Part shown: positions 50,520 to 63,878 of the stretch, one piece after another
Layout of the letters: the number at the start of each line of letters is the position of its first letter
How positions within the stretch are numbered: position 1 is the stretch's first letter
From: Bilabrum cf. latius
Lineage: Eukaryota
DNA: 64,000 bases
Direction: 5' to 3'
Assembly: GCA_965178125.1 (NCBI GenBank)
Contig: OZ237766.1
Span: 434,001-498,000, forward strand
The notes under the pieces: model-generated
Seen by the model: the letters and a program-made list of their open reading frames with translations, nothing else
The model's database searches: none
Told to the model about the DNA's origin: nothing
Program-made: the position numbers and the translations under genes

Positions 50520-51885
50520 AGTGAGCGTGTGCCCCAATCCGGTTATACACAGGGCATTCGATGGTGCTTGGCGGCTTCCAGCAGCAACCGCTAGTCCCAT
50601 CCTGCCGTGTCTCTTCCTGGTGGCGCGTCGAATCACTCCTCACGTATTGTTTCTTCCATGTTTTGCAGTGGCATCCGCATCGAGAGGGCGAAGAGACTAC
50701 GATCACCTGTTCAAGTTGGTGCTTATCGGTGATTCCGGGGTTGGCAAGTCTTGCTTGCTGTTGCGATTTGCTGTGAGCAATGCAGCCTTTGGTTTCCATG
50801 GGTTCCCGTGTTTGTTGTTGGGGAGCAATGTAGCACTATCGGTTTGATCGAACCTCGCATCTTGTCTCAAGAATAGTCTCGTCGCATGTCGCTGAAACTG
50901 CATTAGCGTTCACTATCACTCGATGCCATCTTGCAGGACGGGGCTTTTACTGACTCATTTATTAGTACAATTGGTGTCGATTTTAGGTTTCGGAACATCA
51001 AGGTCTAGGACAAAGCTGTGAAGTTGCAGATTTGGGACACTGCGGGTAAGCACAACCGTCATCGTGGCATGAACGCCCATAAGTTATACTTGGTGCTTTC
51101 GAGTGCATTAATTGTGTGGTATAAGTGTATCACTTTGATGCCTCCGCATGATTTCCGCTGCACCTTCCGCAGGCTAGGAGCGATTCCGAACTATCACGAG
51201 CGCGTGAGAACTCGTGCCAGCTATCCCTGCGTCTCTCTTTCGACTCAGACTACCTGCAGTTCAGTCCACTGCTTGCACATTTGTGTTATGTGCGTGCTGT
51301 GAATAAGCCGCGGTGACTTTCTGTCTCGTGCTGCAGTGCGCCTCACCTGGAACCCACAGCCATATCTGCCCACACCCACAAGCCACGCGGGCCAAGAGGC
51401 AGCGGCCCGTGCGCTATCCTCCCCTTGGCATGCTTGCATGACATTGCACAGTATGACCCCCCCCTTGAAACATGTTCCGCAGGTACTACCGCGGCGCCGA
51501 GGGAATCATCGTGGTGTACGACATCACCCACCGGGAATCCTTCGAGCACGTCCGAGACTGGCTGGCGGAAGTAACTCGGTTCGCGACGCCAGAGACGCAG
51601 ATTCTAATCATAGGGAACAAGAGCGACCTGGAGGACAGGGCGGTCTCCACGGAGGAGGGGCAGGCACTTGCAGACGAGCTCGGGGTGCCCTTCATCGAGG
51701 CAAGCGCAAAGAGCGCGAATCACGTCTCAGAGGCCTTCGAGACGCTGGCGTCAAATCTCATCGATATCAAGGCCAAGGAATCGGCGGAGGATGATGCAAG
51801 GAGGGACGCGGATCGGGTGGGTGCGGGGGACATGGACAAAGCGGCGGCGGGGGGCAGCACTGGCGGCAAGAAGGGATGCTGCTGA
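50520..51885 (+). CDS. RAB1: Rab1/Ypt1 GTPase, five exons, start codon split A|TG by intron 50521-50668
   Basis: [50 protein letters not shown][TAG][25 protein letters not shown]-terminal GCC-TGA. Confidence 0.95.
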
Positions 51886-52248
51886 CGAGTGTGACGAGTG
51901 GGGAACCACGGACCAGATGGTGGATGAGATGAGATGAGAGGAGATGGATGTGCCTGCCTCGTATGTTTCGGCTCGGCTTGCCTGAGTCGAGAGGTCGGAG
52001 TGGGCTTCGGGGCTGAACGCCTATGTTTAGCGCCCGGGGGGATGGGTGCTGCTGTGTGTTCTCCTGATGTGTCTGTGTGACTCGGGCTGGGCCAGAGATT
52101 TATTTGATATCGAATCATCACTGTCCGGGTGCAGCCCGCGTCGGCATTGTAACAGGCATCATGTGGAGTTCCGGTTTAAAATGCCATGCCCGGAATCACA
52201 ACATCAATTGCACACCACTGGTCCCATCCCATCCCAATATATATCCGT

Positions 52249-55146
52249 TCAGTCCTCAAATCGACCTCGAAGCTGCGCCACTGACTGCCGCCGGGGCACC
52301 ACCACCTGCCCCTGGGCCCCCCTTTGCGGAACCGGCGCCGCGGCAATCATCCAGGACCTGCGAGGAAGCCGGCCAGAGGACCCACCCACAGGGTCAGCAG
52401 TGGACTTCGGTCCCGCGCCCTGCCCACTCGTCACACCTGATCCACCAGCGTGGCCTTTGTCTGGGGAGACACGCGGTGGGGAAGGGCGACGGGTTTGTGG
52501 TTCCGCAGCAGGACGGCGCCGCGCACCTCGGCTTGCACCAGCGGAGCCACCAATCTTCCGCTTGGGGCCGGCTTTCCTAGGCCCAGGTGGGCTACGTGAC
52601 GAGTGCAATCCCGGCACGGGCCTCTGCAGCATCATGGGCGAAGGTGGGCGCGAGCCAGCTTGCTCTGCCCCCCTTGGATCGCTCCGATCTGGCTCTTGAT
52701 CGAAGTCCGCAATGTCCTTGCAACCGAGCTGCTCTCCTCGTCCCTTCTCCTTCTCCTTCTCCTTCTCCTTCTCCTTATCTTCTACTTCTAATTCTCCTTC
52801 TCCTTCTTCTTCACCCTGCCCTTGCTGTATTGCATTGCACTAAGGCTCGCCCGAATCGGATGGGCCCGCCAGAGACTGCACCTTGTCGTCCCCAGCACCG
52901 TCTACTGCACCGTCTACTGCACCACCGCGCAATGCACCCACCTCGGCATGCAGCCCGCGGACCATCTCGCTGAGACTCTGCACCTGCTGCTGCAGTCCCA
53001 GGTTCGATTCCCGCAGGCCGGAAGCAGCCTCCTCGGCCCGCTGGCCCACCCTCTCCAGCTGTCCCTGCAGCCTGCCCGCCCGGGCCTCTGCCTCAACCCT
53101 CCTAGTGTGTTCCCTGGAAAGTTGTTCCCTGAGGGCCCGTAAGGCATCATCATCATTATCATTATCGCCGGGCCGATCCCTCCTCCCAGCCTCATCCTCA
53201 GTGGCAGCTCTTTCTGCTCCTGCATCATAGCTGTGGGCAGACCCAACTGCGGGACCGGACCCCGCGCCAGCCCCCATTCTAGCATCCTGATCGTTCGAAC
53301 CGTTGTTCTCCGGTTGGACCCTGCCCCCGCGGCCGGGAGGAGGTGAGGCGAGAAACCCCGCTTTATCTTCGGGATCAGGACGGCGGTCTCGAGCTGACTG
53401 ACTCGGAGCCGAAAAAGAGGCCCGGCCGGCCGCCGCCGATTCCTTGAGTCTGGTGAGCTCGTCTGCTAGCGCAGCAGCGTGGGACCGAGCCCGGATGGCG
53501 GCATTTTTTTCCCGTACCGCCGCCTGCACAGCCTCCTCGGCTCGCATGGCGCTCGCTCGTGCGATGTGCTTCAGCGCGCTGGTGCTGTTCCCTGCATGGT
53601 CAAGCAGCTCCTGCACCGCGCGCTGGGGGGAACCCGGGGACATTCCCAGCGAATGTTCCTTGGACGGTGACGCCAGTGGAGGACGGGCCGGCGTGCCGCT
53701 GGAATGAACGAGTGGCGGTTGTGCGCGCCGGCTTCCACCGTTCATCTCCGACTCCGAATCCCGCCCAGGGCCCAGCGAAGGCGAGCCTCGCCCGGTGTTG
53801 CCCGTGCGGCGCCCATACTGCATTGCGGAGGAGACCTGCGCCGCTGCACCCAGCTTGCTTCTGGGGTGTGACGACGACACTGACGGTGATGAGGGCGAGT
53901 CGGCGGGAGTGGAAGATCGTGCCAATGCTGCACTCGCTGTGCGCTGATCCTGATGATGATGCCGTTGCTGCGTTGCGGGCGTGGCAGGCGGAAGCCTTGT
54001 TCCTCCGCCAGGGCTGGCGATGATGTCGACGGACGCGATCGATCGCATGGTTCCGCTGAACTAATGCGCGGCGCCGCCTAAGGACCGAAGGCTGGCACCC
54101 TTGCCTAGCTGGGGGCTGGTGTGACGACTGGTGTGTGGCGTGCTAACGAGTGAAAGGGGCTTGTCCTCGCCCGGGGTCATGACCCCGCCATCCCCGGGGG
54201 GAATACCCCCAGGAGACACGTACCCCCCCCCGGGGACGCCCACTCGTCCTGTGGGAGTATTCCCGAAGCCGAACCTTCTGCGCGGCACATGTTCCGCAGG
54301 AGGGCTGCCCGCCCAACGCACCCCTGAAGGCGTGTTATTGCCAGTGGCAGTACCATTGCCAGAGCCAGTGCCAATCCCGGTGCCGGCTGCCTTGCCCATG
54401 CCGGTGTCCGTGTGCTTGCTACCACTGCCGGGGCTTGGACCCGCGCTCGCACTCGTGCGTTCATGAACAAGCGGACTCCGAGTCTTGTTCATGTGATATC
54501 CCCCGGTACCTCCTCCCCTGTGCGCTCCTCCTCCAATGCCGTTTTTGCTCGCCCTTGCTGTGCCGTATCTGGGGCTCCTGACGCGACCGTACGGTAGAGC
54601 AGAGGAGCGATGCCGGCGATCTAGCTGAATCTTTCTATATCTACCTGATGAGTCCGGTGACTATTGCTCGGGTGGGCTTTGCTCTGATGATTTGCCCGCT
54701 CCTGCCGAGCCCTCTGGCAGATTGGCAGCGCCGCTTGCACCGCCCCCGTGCTGCATAGCCTGCATGTACAGCCGTTTCGATGGTGTAAACTAAGAAGTCC
54801 TAGAATGACCAGGTGTCTTGTCGACACGGTCTTTTATATCTCTTGCGCTTGCCATGCTCGTAGATCCGGGCGTCCGACGCCTTGACTCTCTCCCTGCCAC
54901 CATGCCATCAAGCGCTTCAAGAGCCGATGACCAAGAGGCTTCGTCATACACGGGTTGCCTTATCGTGCTCCTGTGCCTTGAATCCGGTTGCTTCGCAGGG
55001 ATACCAGCCAATCGGGCTATTCGCTCAGCCGCCGATTCGAGCAACTTGTCTCTCTCAGCCCTTGCCAGGCCCTAACCTGTCCGAGGTTCTCTCTCCAATT
55101 TATTCAAACTATAAATCAGAGACGTGATTTCGTCCATCTCTGCCAT
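52249..55146 (-). CDS. Low-complexity/coiled-coil protein of unknown function (~965 aa)
   Basis: ORFs 54790, 54061, 52840 and 52249 share one frame; the gaps contain only TAG. ATG at 55146, TGA at 52249; heptad-like segments such as ALRALREQLSREHTRRVEAE. Confidence 0.7.
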
Positions 55147-55308
55147 CAGAGTGGTGGGCAGCGGCTCGCTGTTTGAAACGGTGCTTGAGGTTCCGCTTGC
55201 ACTTGCTTGAATGCGTTCTAGCCATCGTTGCACAACAGTCCGTTAACTTCACAGCGCTACGACCGATTCATCGTTAATTCTAGCATATTTGTAAATTCAC
55301 GTGTCGCC

Positions 55309-58300
55309 ATGCCGAAGAAAGCACGCTCCGTGAAGCTTGATCTAATGATCGCCAGGTTCAAAGAAGGAATGGCTGAACGAGGCTTGGAGGAAGGGTCCCT
55401 CAAGGTCTCAGACGGAAGGGGCCGCCCTTCAAAGGCAGGTGCAGCGAAGTTCAAGTGCCCAGGGTGTGGAAAGGAAGTTGGTGCCCCAGGACTCAAGGCC
55501 CACATAACAATGACTGTGTGCTGCAAGGGCGACAGAGACTTGTACGAGTTCATGCAGCTAAAGGTATTCGGCGACAATCCAGAGACTAGAGCATTTATCG
55601 AGGAGAATTTCGAGAACAAGAAGGGCGGGCGCAAGCTCGGAGGAACGAACAGCGTTCCGTCCAAGAAGCGCGCCTCACGCCCCGGCGCGAGCAGCGCTGC
55701 AGCTGCCGGGAAACAAAAGGCGGGCTCTTCAAAGGCATCGAAAGGACCCATACACACAATGATAGAGTCTGCTTCTCCCGCCTCGGTGGCTGCGAAGAAA
55801 GCATCCCTGGCGGCCATGGCGGCTGCGATGGCGGTGGGACAGAAAGAAGCACCCTCCTCCACCTCCGGTCTTTTCGGCAAGCCCAAGAAGTCGACCGGTT
55901 TCGACGAAGACTAGGACGACGCAGCCTTCATGCTTGATGACATGGGCGGTGACATCGACGAGGACGAGGAAGAAGAGGGGCTCTTCGCCGCTGGCATCGG
56001 AGCAAGTGCTTCTAATGCGAGCAAGAGCAAGTCCAGCGGCGCCAAGCGCGGGCGCAAGCCCACCAAGGGGATCTTATCTAAGCGCAAGAGCTCAAAGCCA
56101 TCAAAGTCGGCCTCTGGATCCGCATCATCATCTTCTTCATCTTCCAAGCAGACCGGGTCACCATCAAGGCGGTTCATGGAAGCCGGCAGGAAGCCCAAGC
56201 TGAAGTCCAGGGCCGGCGGCGGCGCCGCGGGCAGCGGAACCGGTTCCGCATCCAGCAAGGTCGAAGAGGAACTCGGCAGAGCCGCTGGGATCCCCGCATC
56301 CGACCCCCGTGTCTCGAGGTATGCCCCCCTCGAAAGCTCCCACACGGCCAAGTCGGGCCTGCCAGTGGACTACACCCCGCCCCAGCACATGCTGTGGGCG
56401 GCGAGACGAGCGCTGCAGCGCAATGCATCCAAGGCCGAGGGCCAGCCAAAGTCAGACGCAATGGGTGGTCAAAGTACTCGGGCCGTCAAGGCCCGTCCAG
56501 GTGCCTCGTCCTCCTTGTCCTCGTCAGCAGCAGCAGCAGCAGCGGCAGCACCGTCCTCCAACTCATCGGCCTCTGGTGGCACTGCTGCCGGTGCTGGCAT
56601 CGGGTCCTCGGCAGCGGACTAGGAATCGAAATTTGACGACTCAAGACACTTGCTTCCGCTTCCGTTTGTGCAGGCAGGTATGCATCAGGATGCATCGCAC
56701 GATGGTGCCGGCGCCGCACCGCCGTCTTAGTCTTTGGTGGCAATGCCGACCGACAGCTTTGAAGATGAAGACGATGGAACAGGGCTGCTCGGCGGATCGT
56801 TTGAAGCACCAAGTAACAAGGGTGGTGACGCATTCTTTGATTCTATCCCTCTCGTGCATGCCCCGGAGCTGGAGGAGCTTCTCGGCGAGGAGGCGCCGCG
56901 CAATGACAGTTCCGCTGCGCTGCGGAGCGTCGTGGCGATCGCTGCCCCGGGTTGTTTCCCCGACCCCTAGATGCCGGAGGGCGACCGCGTGTTCTCCACC
57001 ACGCTATCGGTTGCAACCTACAGAACCACCGGTGGAGTGCGGGTGCTGCTGCCCGGGAGTCCTCTGGGCGATGCGGCTGACAGGGCGACTGCGCGGGCCA
57101 GGGAACAGTGGAGCTAGTTCGGTGGCGGGAGGCACTCCGGTAGTGTGACTAGTGCCCATGAGGAGAAGGCGGGGGCATCATCGAAAGAGTCCTCGGCGGC
57201 TGCCGCGGCACTTGCAGCCGCCGCTGCTGCCGCCGGCATGCGAGACGATGAAGATGAAGATGAAGCCGACGGAGTTGATGGGTCTGATCTAATTGCTCCT
57301 CCCGCCGAAATGGCACCAGAAGCCCCTGCGCGGCGCCTGTTCCGCTGCTTCCCCTACACCTCACGGCCGGGTGTCGCTGCCGAGCAGCTTGCCGTGGCCC
57401 CCATGCTGGGGTCAGCAGAGGACGGGGGTGAGGATGCGCTCAGGAACATGGTGCTGGACGATGGAATGACCGAGGAGGGTGTGGATGATGAGGATGCCGT
57501 GAATGTCGGTGTGACGAGTGGATCTGGGAGCCGCGCGGTTGCCATGGCGGACGGAGAGGAAGACGAGGAGGATGAGGATGAGGATGAGGATGAGGATGCT
57601 GGCGAATCAAAGCAGAAAGGCAAGGGCAAGGGAAAGGGCAAGGGCAAAGAGGGCGATGGCGCCTGGTCATTCCTCACCTCCAGCCCAAGCAAGGGCAAAG
57701 GGAAAGGAAAAGCCAAGGGCAAAGCCGGTGCCAAGTCAGGCTCCAAGCGAGCCCCTGAGCCAGCCTATGACAAGCCCACTGGGTGCGCAGACCCAAACAG
57801 CATGCAGCCCTTGAAGGGACCCGACCCGGAATGGGAAATGCTGGTGGGTGGCCCGGTCATCGCCATGGACACGATCCGGACCAAGCCCCCCGTGCAGCCG
57901 CCCTCCAGGGGTCCCGTGGCAGTCAGCATGGAATCGTCGATCGGGCACCCTGGCGCCATGGTGGCAATCTACGCCCACTCCGAGCACAAGCCCACCTCCC
58001 ACCACGTTGGGATTGCCGCCCAGTACGAGGCTGGGATCCAGCTGTGGAGCGTGCCCCCAGGTGCCCCAGGTGCTCTAAAGGTGCCCGAGCCTGGGTACAG
58101 GCTGGATGCATCCGCGGTGCAGGCTCCGCCGATGCATCAAGTGGCGACAGCAGGAGCAGACCCTGGACAGGCCACTGCCGCCGACTCTGCGGCGTCATCG
58201 AAAGCAGCGGCTGGATCCGGTTCAGGCGCGGCTGCATCTGCTGCCGTGGTCGCAGGAGGAAGGCCTTCTTCAGGTGCATCGGGTGGACCGACCTGCGAGG

Positions 58301-60576
58301 CAATCCTCCTGCACAGCGGAGGCCCAACGTGGGACCTCAAGTGGAACCCGTTCGTGCAGCCCGCCCCTACTGGGGAACAACACGACCTGGATGCGCACGA
58401 AGAGGCCATGGACGGGGTCGGGGGCGTGCTCGCTGCCGTGCACGGCGATGGTGCAGTGCGGGTGTATGCCATTCCAAGGCTTGAGGAGCTGAAGCAGATG
58501 AGGAAATCAGCGGCGGCTGCGGCCTAGGGGTGGGTCAGCACCGATACGCGCCTAGAAACTGAACGGATACACGCCGACGAGAAGCTCGCAGCTGCTGGCA
58601 ATGGCAAGCACTGGTCGGCGCAGGCAGCTGACGATGCGCCTGATGGCAACCCTGACTTGCCCGCGGGCCTATGCCTGGCACCGCGTACCGTTCTGCCGGC
58701 AGGCATGGGCATGGGGCGTGAGCTTGGTGCAGTGCCGACCTGCTGTGACTGGAGCCCGAGGGAACCTTCACGAATCCTGGTGGGCTGCAGCGACGGCACC
58801 GTACTTGGGTACGACATCGAGATGGAGGGGTGCGGGATTGACGTAGCGTTGCACGGCAAGGGCAAGAATGGAGCGCAGTGCGACGGTACAGAGTCTCGGT
58901 TGGTGGATGCAGCCGTGTTTGGAGTGGACACAAGCCGCATGTCGGGGCTGCATCCCATTGCAGTGCAATCCGCTGCATCGTCCATTGAAGCAGACGGTGC
59001 GGAACACTCGCAGCCGGGCGGTACCGCATCCTCTGTGGTATTCCGGGTTGTATTGTTCCCAGTGCAGACCTACCAGGTGCCGTTCTTCGCCGGGGAGGCC
59101 TTCCACCACTGCGCTGTGCGCGCCGTGGCGCACGCACCAGGGTCCGAGACGGGCTTCTCAGCCTCGTACATGTCTGGTGACGTGATCGTGTGGGACGAGG
59201 AAGACGCCGAGTACCTGCGAGGCAGTCTGAGATCATTGGTGAGCAGCGTACCATCTCGTATTCCTGCCGGATAACTTCCTCTTGGTTTTGGCTCGACTCG
59301 CCTTTCAGCTCTGTATCCGTGTATCCTTGCCATTGATTCGCTCCCCTCTCATATTCTCCTCGCAGCCCTTCTCGCGGTGCATCAGCTACGATTCGAGCGG
59401 CATCGCGCTGCACATGGGAGTGGAATCCGGCGTGCTGTCCACGGTCCTCCCTGGATTCGACAAGGCGATCACGAGGCAATGGCCTAGCGTGCTGCGGGGC
59501 AAGCAGGCTGCCACCGGCCCGGGCAAGGAGCTTAAGGCATTTTCAACTCCCATGGATATACGGTGTATACGAGCGGTGAGTCAGGGTTTGCAACTGATCT
59601 GCCCCACGCAGATAGCCTTCATTGATGCTTCTGCGCTAGACCGGGCAGGCGATCGGAGTGTGCACCATATTAGCAACCTGTGCATACGCCTCCCAGATGG
59701 TGCATTGGCATGTCATCCAACCTTTTCCCATCGCAGCTGCCTCATTAGTGCGGCGTGCTTGAAGGCACATCATCGTTTGCCCGGTCAGGTGCCAGTGCCC
59801 CCGGCGTGCTGCTGGTGGGCCGTGCCGATGGGGAAGTGGTGTTGCTGCCTTCCGTCCACCCAAACACGCTAGCCACTCTATCCAGCCAGGGCAAGACCGG
59901 GACCAAGCTCAGGCGCGTGGATAGTCGAGGCATCAACCGCCAGCTGATCCAGCTCCTGCACCTGTGGCCCGCAGCACCGCCCATAACCACAGAGATGCAT
60001 CTGTAAGCACTACACTCAATAGTAACCTGCGTCACCGCCCCCTGTATAACCCCACTCTCAGGCAGCCATACGTATCCAACTCAATATTATTTACCTGTAC
60101 CCTCCCGCAGCGACTCCGTGTATCCCTACCTGAGTCAGCCCCCCAAGAAGGCAGACCCGGCCCATCAGGTCAGGAACCCGTAGCAGCCCAGGATGCTTTA
60201 CGCGGCCTCCAAGGTGTGCGGGGTGCACTGGGTGGAGACCGACTCGAGCCAGGCAAGGGGGCAGATTGAAAGGGAGCGGCAGGATCTGCTAGGCGAGCTG
60301 GAGGGCAACATGGATGGCGATCAGACGGGCCAAGGAGATGTAGCTTTCGGAGTGGCTGGCCGGGCCGGCGAGGATGCTGCGTTGCGAGACGTAGCGTCTG
60401 GACGGGACGCAAGGGTGGACTTGGTATCGTTTTAGCACCTTACAATCGTGTCAGGGTCATATCGAGGCATCGTCAGGGTGTTTAGGGCTTCACTGTGCGC
60501 CGAGAAACGGGGCCAGTACCAGCATTCCAATGGGCTCAAGGAGTGCAGTCCCGGGGACGTGGCTGTGCCCGAGTGA
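55309..60576 (+). CDS. WD40 protein resembling TFIIIC subunit GTF3C2/Tfc6, with a long basic/acidic low-complexity N-terminus; several 3' introns
   Basis: ORFs 55228, 55930, 56734, 57145 and 58657 share one frame, joined by TAG. Motifs ILLHSGGPTWDLKWNP, GVLAAVHGDGAVRVYAIP, CCDWSP..ILVGCSDGTV and terminal IVSGSYRGIVRVF. Confidence 0.65.
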
Positions 60577-60943
60577 AATTTGCCGGTTTCAAGATGGTTT
60601 TAGAACAGGCAAAGCATTTCTGCTCGCCCAAGACTTGGGTGCCCAGTACCCCCGGGGGCCTGCGCGGGGCGGGCCCAGGGCCATTCGACAATAGCTCGTT
60701 ACAACTATCTTGAAATACAGATAAGAATCGAAAGGTCAATTCGTGAGTGCTTATTTTATTTGCTCGGAGCCGAATACAGTAATGTAAGGTGGAGCGGCAA
60801 CGATATCGATTGCTAAGTGCGATGGCGATGCCTTCTCTACTAACAGTACTACATAGTATGGGTACTACCGCAACAGTCCGGTATTACCTAGCGATCTTCT
60901 GGTCCGTGCATTCCTTTAGATCACCAGTGTGGCTACCGCGGCC

Positions 60944-61280
60944 ATGAAATTATCAATGTCGTACCAACGCAATTCCTCTCTTATCACTAGCAGGGCATCC
61001 TTACTTCATAGCGCGCGGAATGGCCGATTGGAGGAAGTCAAAGCGAGCCTTGCACGTGAAGACGTCAACACTGCAGATTCCGTTAGTTGATCCATAGCTA
61101 GTTCCACATTGAATGAATGGTATCTATTAAAATATACATTTGTCTTGACTGTTGTTTACGAGCACCTTAAGCATTCTGCAGGAGGGCTACACAGCCCTTC
61201 ACCACGCTGTTAAGCACGAATACAAGGAGGTGGTCGATGTATTGATAGCTGCAGGGGCGTAGGTCAATGCGCAAACCAAG
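60944..61280 (+). CDS. Ankyrin-repeat gene, two exons visible (approx. 60944-61081 and 61182-61280); downstream exons not resolved
   Basis: LLHSARNGRLEEVKASL..EDVNTADS|EGYTALHHAVKHEYKEVVDVLIAAGA[TAG]VNAQTK, with phase-0 GT-AG junctions at repeat boundaries. Confidence 0.7.
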
Positions 61281-63455
61281 GTAAGATGACACAAATAATA
61301 TATAACCACTTTGTTCGCGTTAGCTATTCATGCAATGTGAAGCCAGTGCAGTTTTTGTAAAAATTATATTTTCGATTGGCTGGAACCTCTTCAATTGCCC
61401 TAGATGCGAAATTTGCTCCGGGGGTTACCAACCTTACCCAAGTCAAATGACATAACCTGGGTTCGGGCCGCGGGGCCAAAGCATTGATGCGCACGGTTTC
61501 CGCGTACCACGTGGCGAGGTGGCACCTTACCCTGGCATCCGTCGAATGTAACGGAACAATACACAATTTACTGGTTTTTGCCGGTTCCGGATCAGCAATT
61601 TGCGCGGCGCCCAGATAATTCGGAGAAGAAATCATGATGCAATTCGATTCAGCGCGCTCTTGCGAGTCTGCTGGTGCGCCTTTCAACTCCATACGATGAG
61701 ATTAAGTCTGTTAACATGCCATTCAAAGAATTGGCCTCTAGCAGGGAGCTGCAGCTTTGCGCGGCGCCAAAACTGTGTGATTAGTGTCGCACGACACCCC
61801 GACACTGCCCGCATACCCCTTTCTAGTCTACAAAATAGACCTAAAAATATACCTGTATGATAATGATGCTAAATTATACGCTGCTGTGCAGACGAATGTC
61901 TGAATAAGATTCATTTGGACACGACAGGGTCCACGGTCATCCCTCTGGCAGCCGCAACAAACTTGCTTCGATTGGCCCTCTGAGATACTGAATTTGATTA
62001 CACTCCTCATAATTCTGAGCAAATTGATGACTTTATTCAAATAACGCGCTCATATTCTGCTGTGCGGTTCATGAGTAGGGTGTTTCCCGTGAGGATGACT
62101 GAACCAGGCCGCAGAGTTAGCTATTGCACATTTACCTCACCAATCTGCAGCTTACCGCGAATTGAGACCAACCACTACATTTTTTGTATTGATCGTATTC
62201 AGAAAATCGAACAGGAGGCTACTATGGCCATCATTAGGACACGAGCAGCACCAGCAGCTGTGCGGGTGGCCAGATCCAGAAGACCTGAAGTACGCCATGC
62301 TATTCTACACCATTGGGACTGAAAATCCGTACACTGCCTTTTATTAGGTATATTAATACCATGATTAGTCTCAAACTAGTACTGGCCTCATAGATTTGAC
62401 ACAATTGTGTTCTGAATGGTACCAAACCACTGGAAACAGCCACAACTTGCGAAATTGTAGGACCTGTACAAATACAGTACCATACACAAACAAATCGTAT
62501 GTATAAATAAACTATAAGTGTATCAGGACAGTGGTGAATTGGATTCTGCCCAAAATGAATCGAGATCTGACGTCAAATGAGACCATCCTCGGTTCTAATG
62601 GACTCTCTGTGACATACTGGAGCGGTGATTTGTTTTAAATACCTATTTGATCTGTAATGAAGTCGACCAATAGCGCATTCTATTCGTCGAAATGATTGCA
62701 CAATAGGGATGCAGCGTGGACTGTGGTTTCAGTGGCATTTGGATCAGCGTGCTGCTCCTCTCGTTAGCCTTACGGTGGTTGTATGGTAATTCACTAATTA
62801 CACAATGAAAAAACCTCATTACATGGAAGATACGCTATTGATGTCGCGTGATAATCGACGAGTTGTATTGTGTCGGGGATCGTTGCGGTCAAGAATTGGT
62901 GTGATGAATGTGTCGGGGTAAGTTACAACCGACGGATTGAATGTTTTGGTTGTGAACCGTCTGTTCGATGTATCAATGACTGCAATCCTAGCCAAAGATC
63001 CCCCAGGCTCACCCCGCCCTTTTTTCCCATTTGCCTGCCCTGTATGTGCCTCCAGCTTCCTCAACCCCGGACACCTTATCCAATTCCCTCCACATCATCA
63101 CCCGCATCCCCCTTCCCTCAAGCCCAATTTGTCGAGTTGCCCAAGCACTACGCCAACAACGCAACCTAAACCTACCCGGTACAGTCCCTAAACACGATCG
63201 CCCAAGAAAAGGACCTTGGTTTTAATGTATTCAATCCTGCACCGCAGGAAGTGAGTAAATGCATTCTGGGCCGGGCTACTAGATCTGTGTCGCCTTGCTG
63301 CTAGATGCAGCAGCACTACGCATGCCCTTGTGTAATCGGTTTAACTTCCGATGATGAGATCACACGTTGTACACAGCACCCTAATCTCGCAGACAGTCAC
63401 ACATGGTTGCAGTTGGTTTCCTCCGAGAGCCCATCCTCAAAGTTACCAAAAAAAG

Positions 63456-63878
63456 AAACTGGCGAACGCTGCCCCTCAGCGCCCGAATAGCACGCGGCTT
63501 GATTGCCGCTCGAGTCTAATTGTGACCTCTCAACTTCCACATCCGCATGTGGTCGGTGATCCGATCCCCCTGATCCGAGTCACTCGTCACACATGCCCAA
63601 CCCACACCTGCCCGGCCTGTGCCTCCCCCTTCCTATCCGCCTCATCAACCCAATGACCCCACCGATCATCTTCTCTTCCACCATTTCCTCCCCCGTTCCG
63701 GTGAACCGTCGTTCCCCCCTCCCTTTGCTCTACCCTCCCCCCCCCTAGCTGCCCTCTCTCTCTCTCTCTCTCTCTCACTCCTCCGCATCGCTACGTCGCA
63801 TCTGAGCCTGCTCCTCGAGCGGGTCCTGCGCCCACCGAGCGACCTCAATCTCAGAGACCTTGCTGGCCTCACCAACTA
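63456..63878 (+). mobile_element. Dispersed repeat family B, copy 2
   Basis: High identity to 8594-9030, with differences concentrated in the central C/CT-rich tract. Confidence 0.7.

Noticed and set aside
1-61280. Window-wide pseudogenisation or sequencing error as the cause of internal stops
   Set aside because: The interruptions are TAG only, without frameshifts. They occur in an essential gene (Rab1) and align with CAA/CAG in paralogues.
61300-63000. AT-richer stretch considered as an endogenous virophage or viral insert
   Set aside because: No long ORFs, capsid, integrase or polymerase motifs, or terminal inverted repeats were visible; it is probably intron or intergenic DNA.
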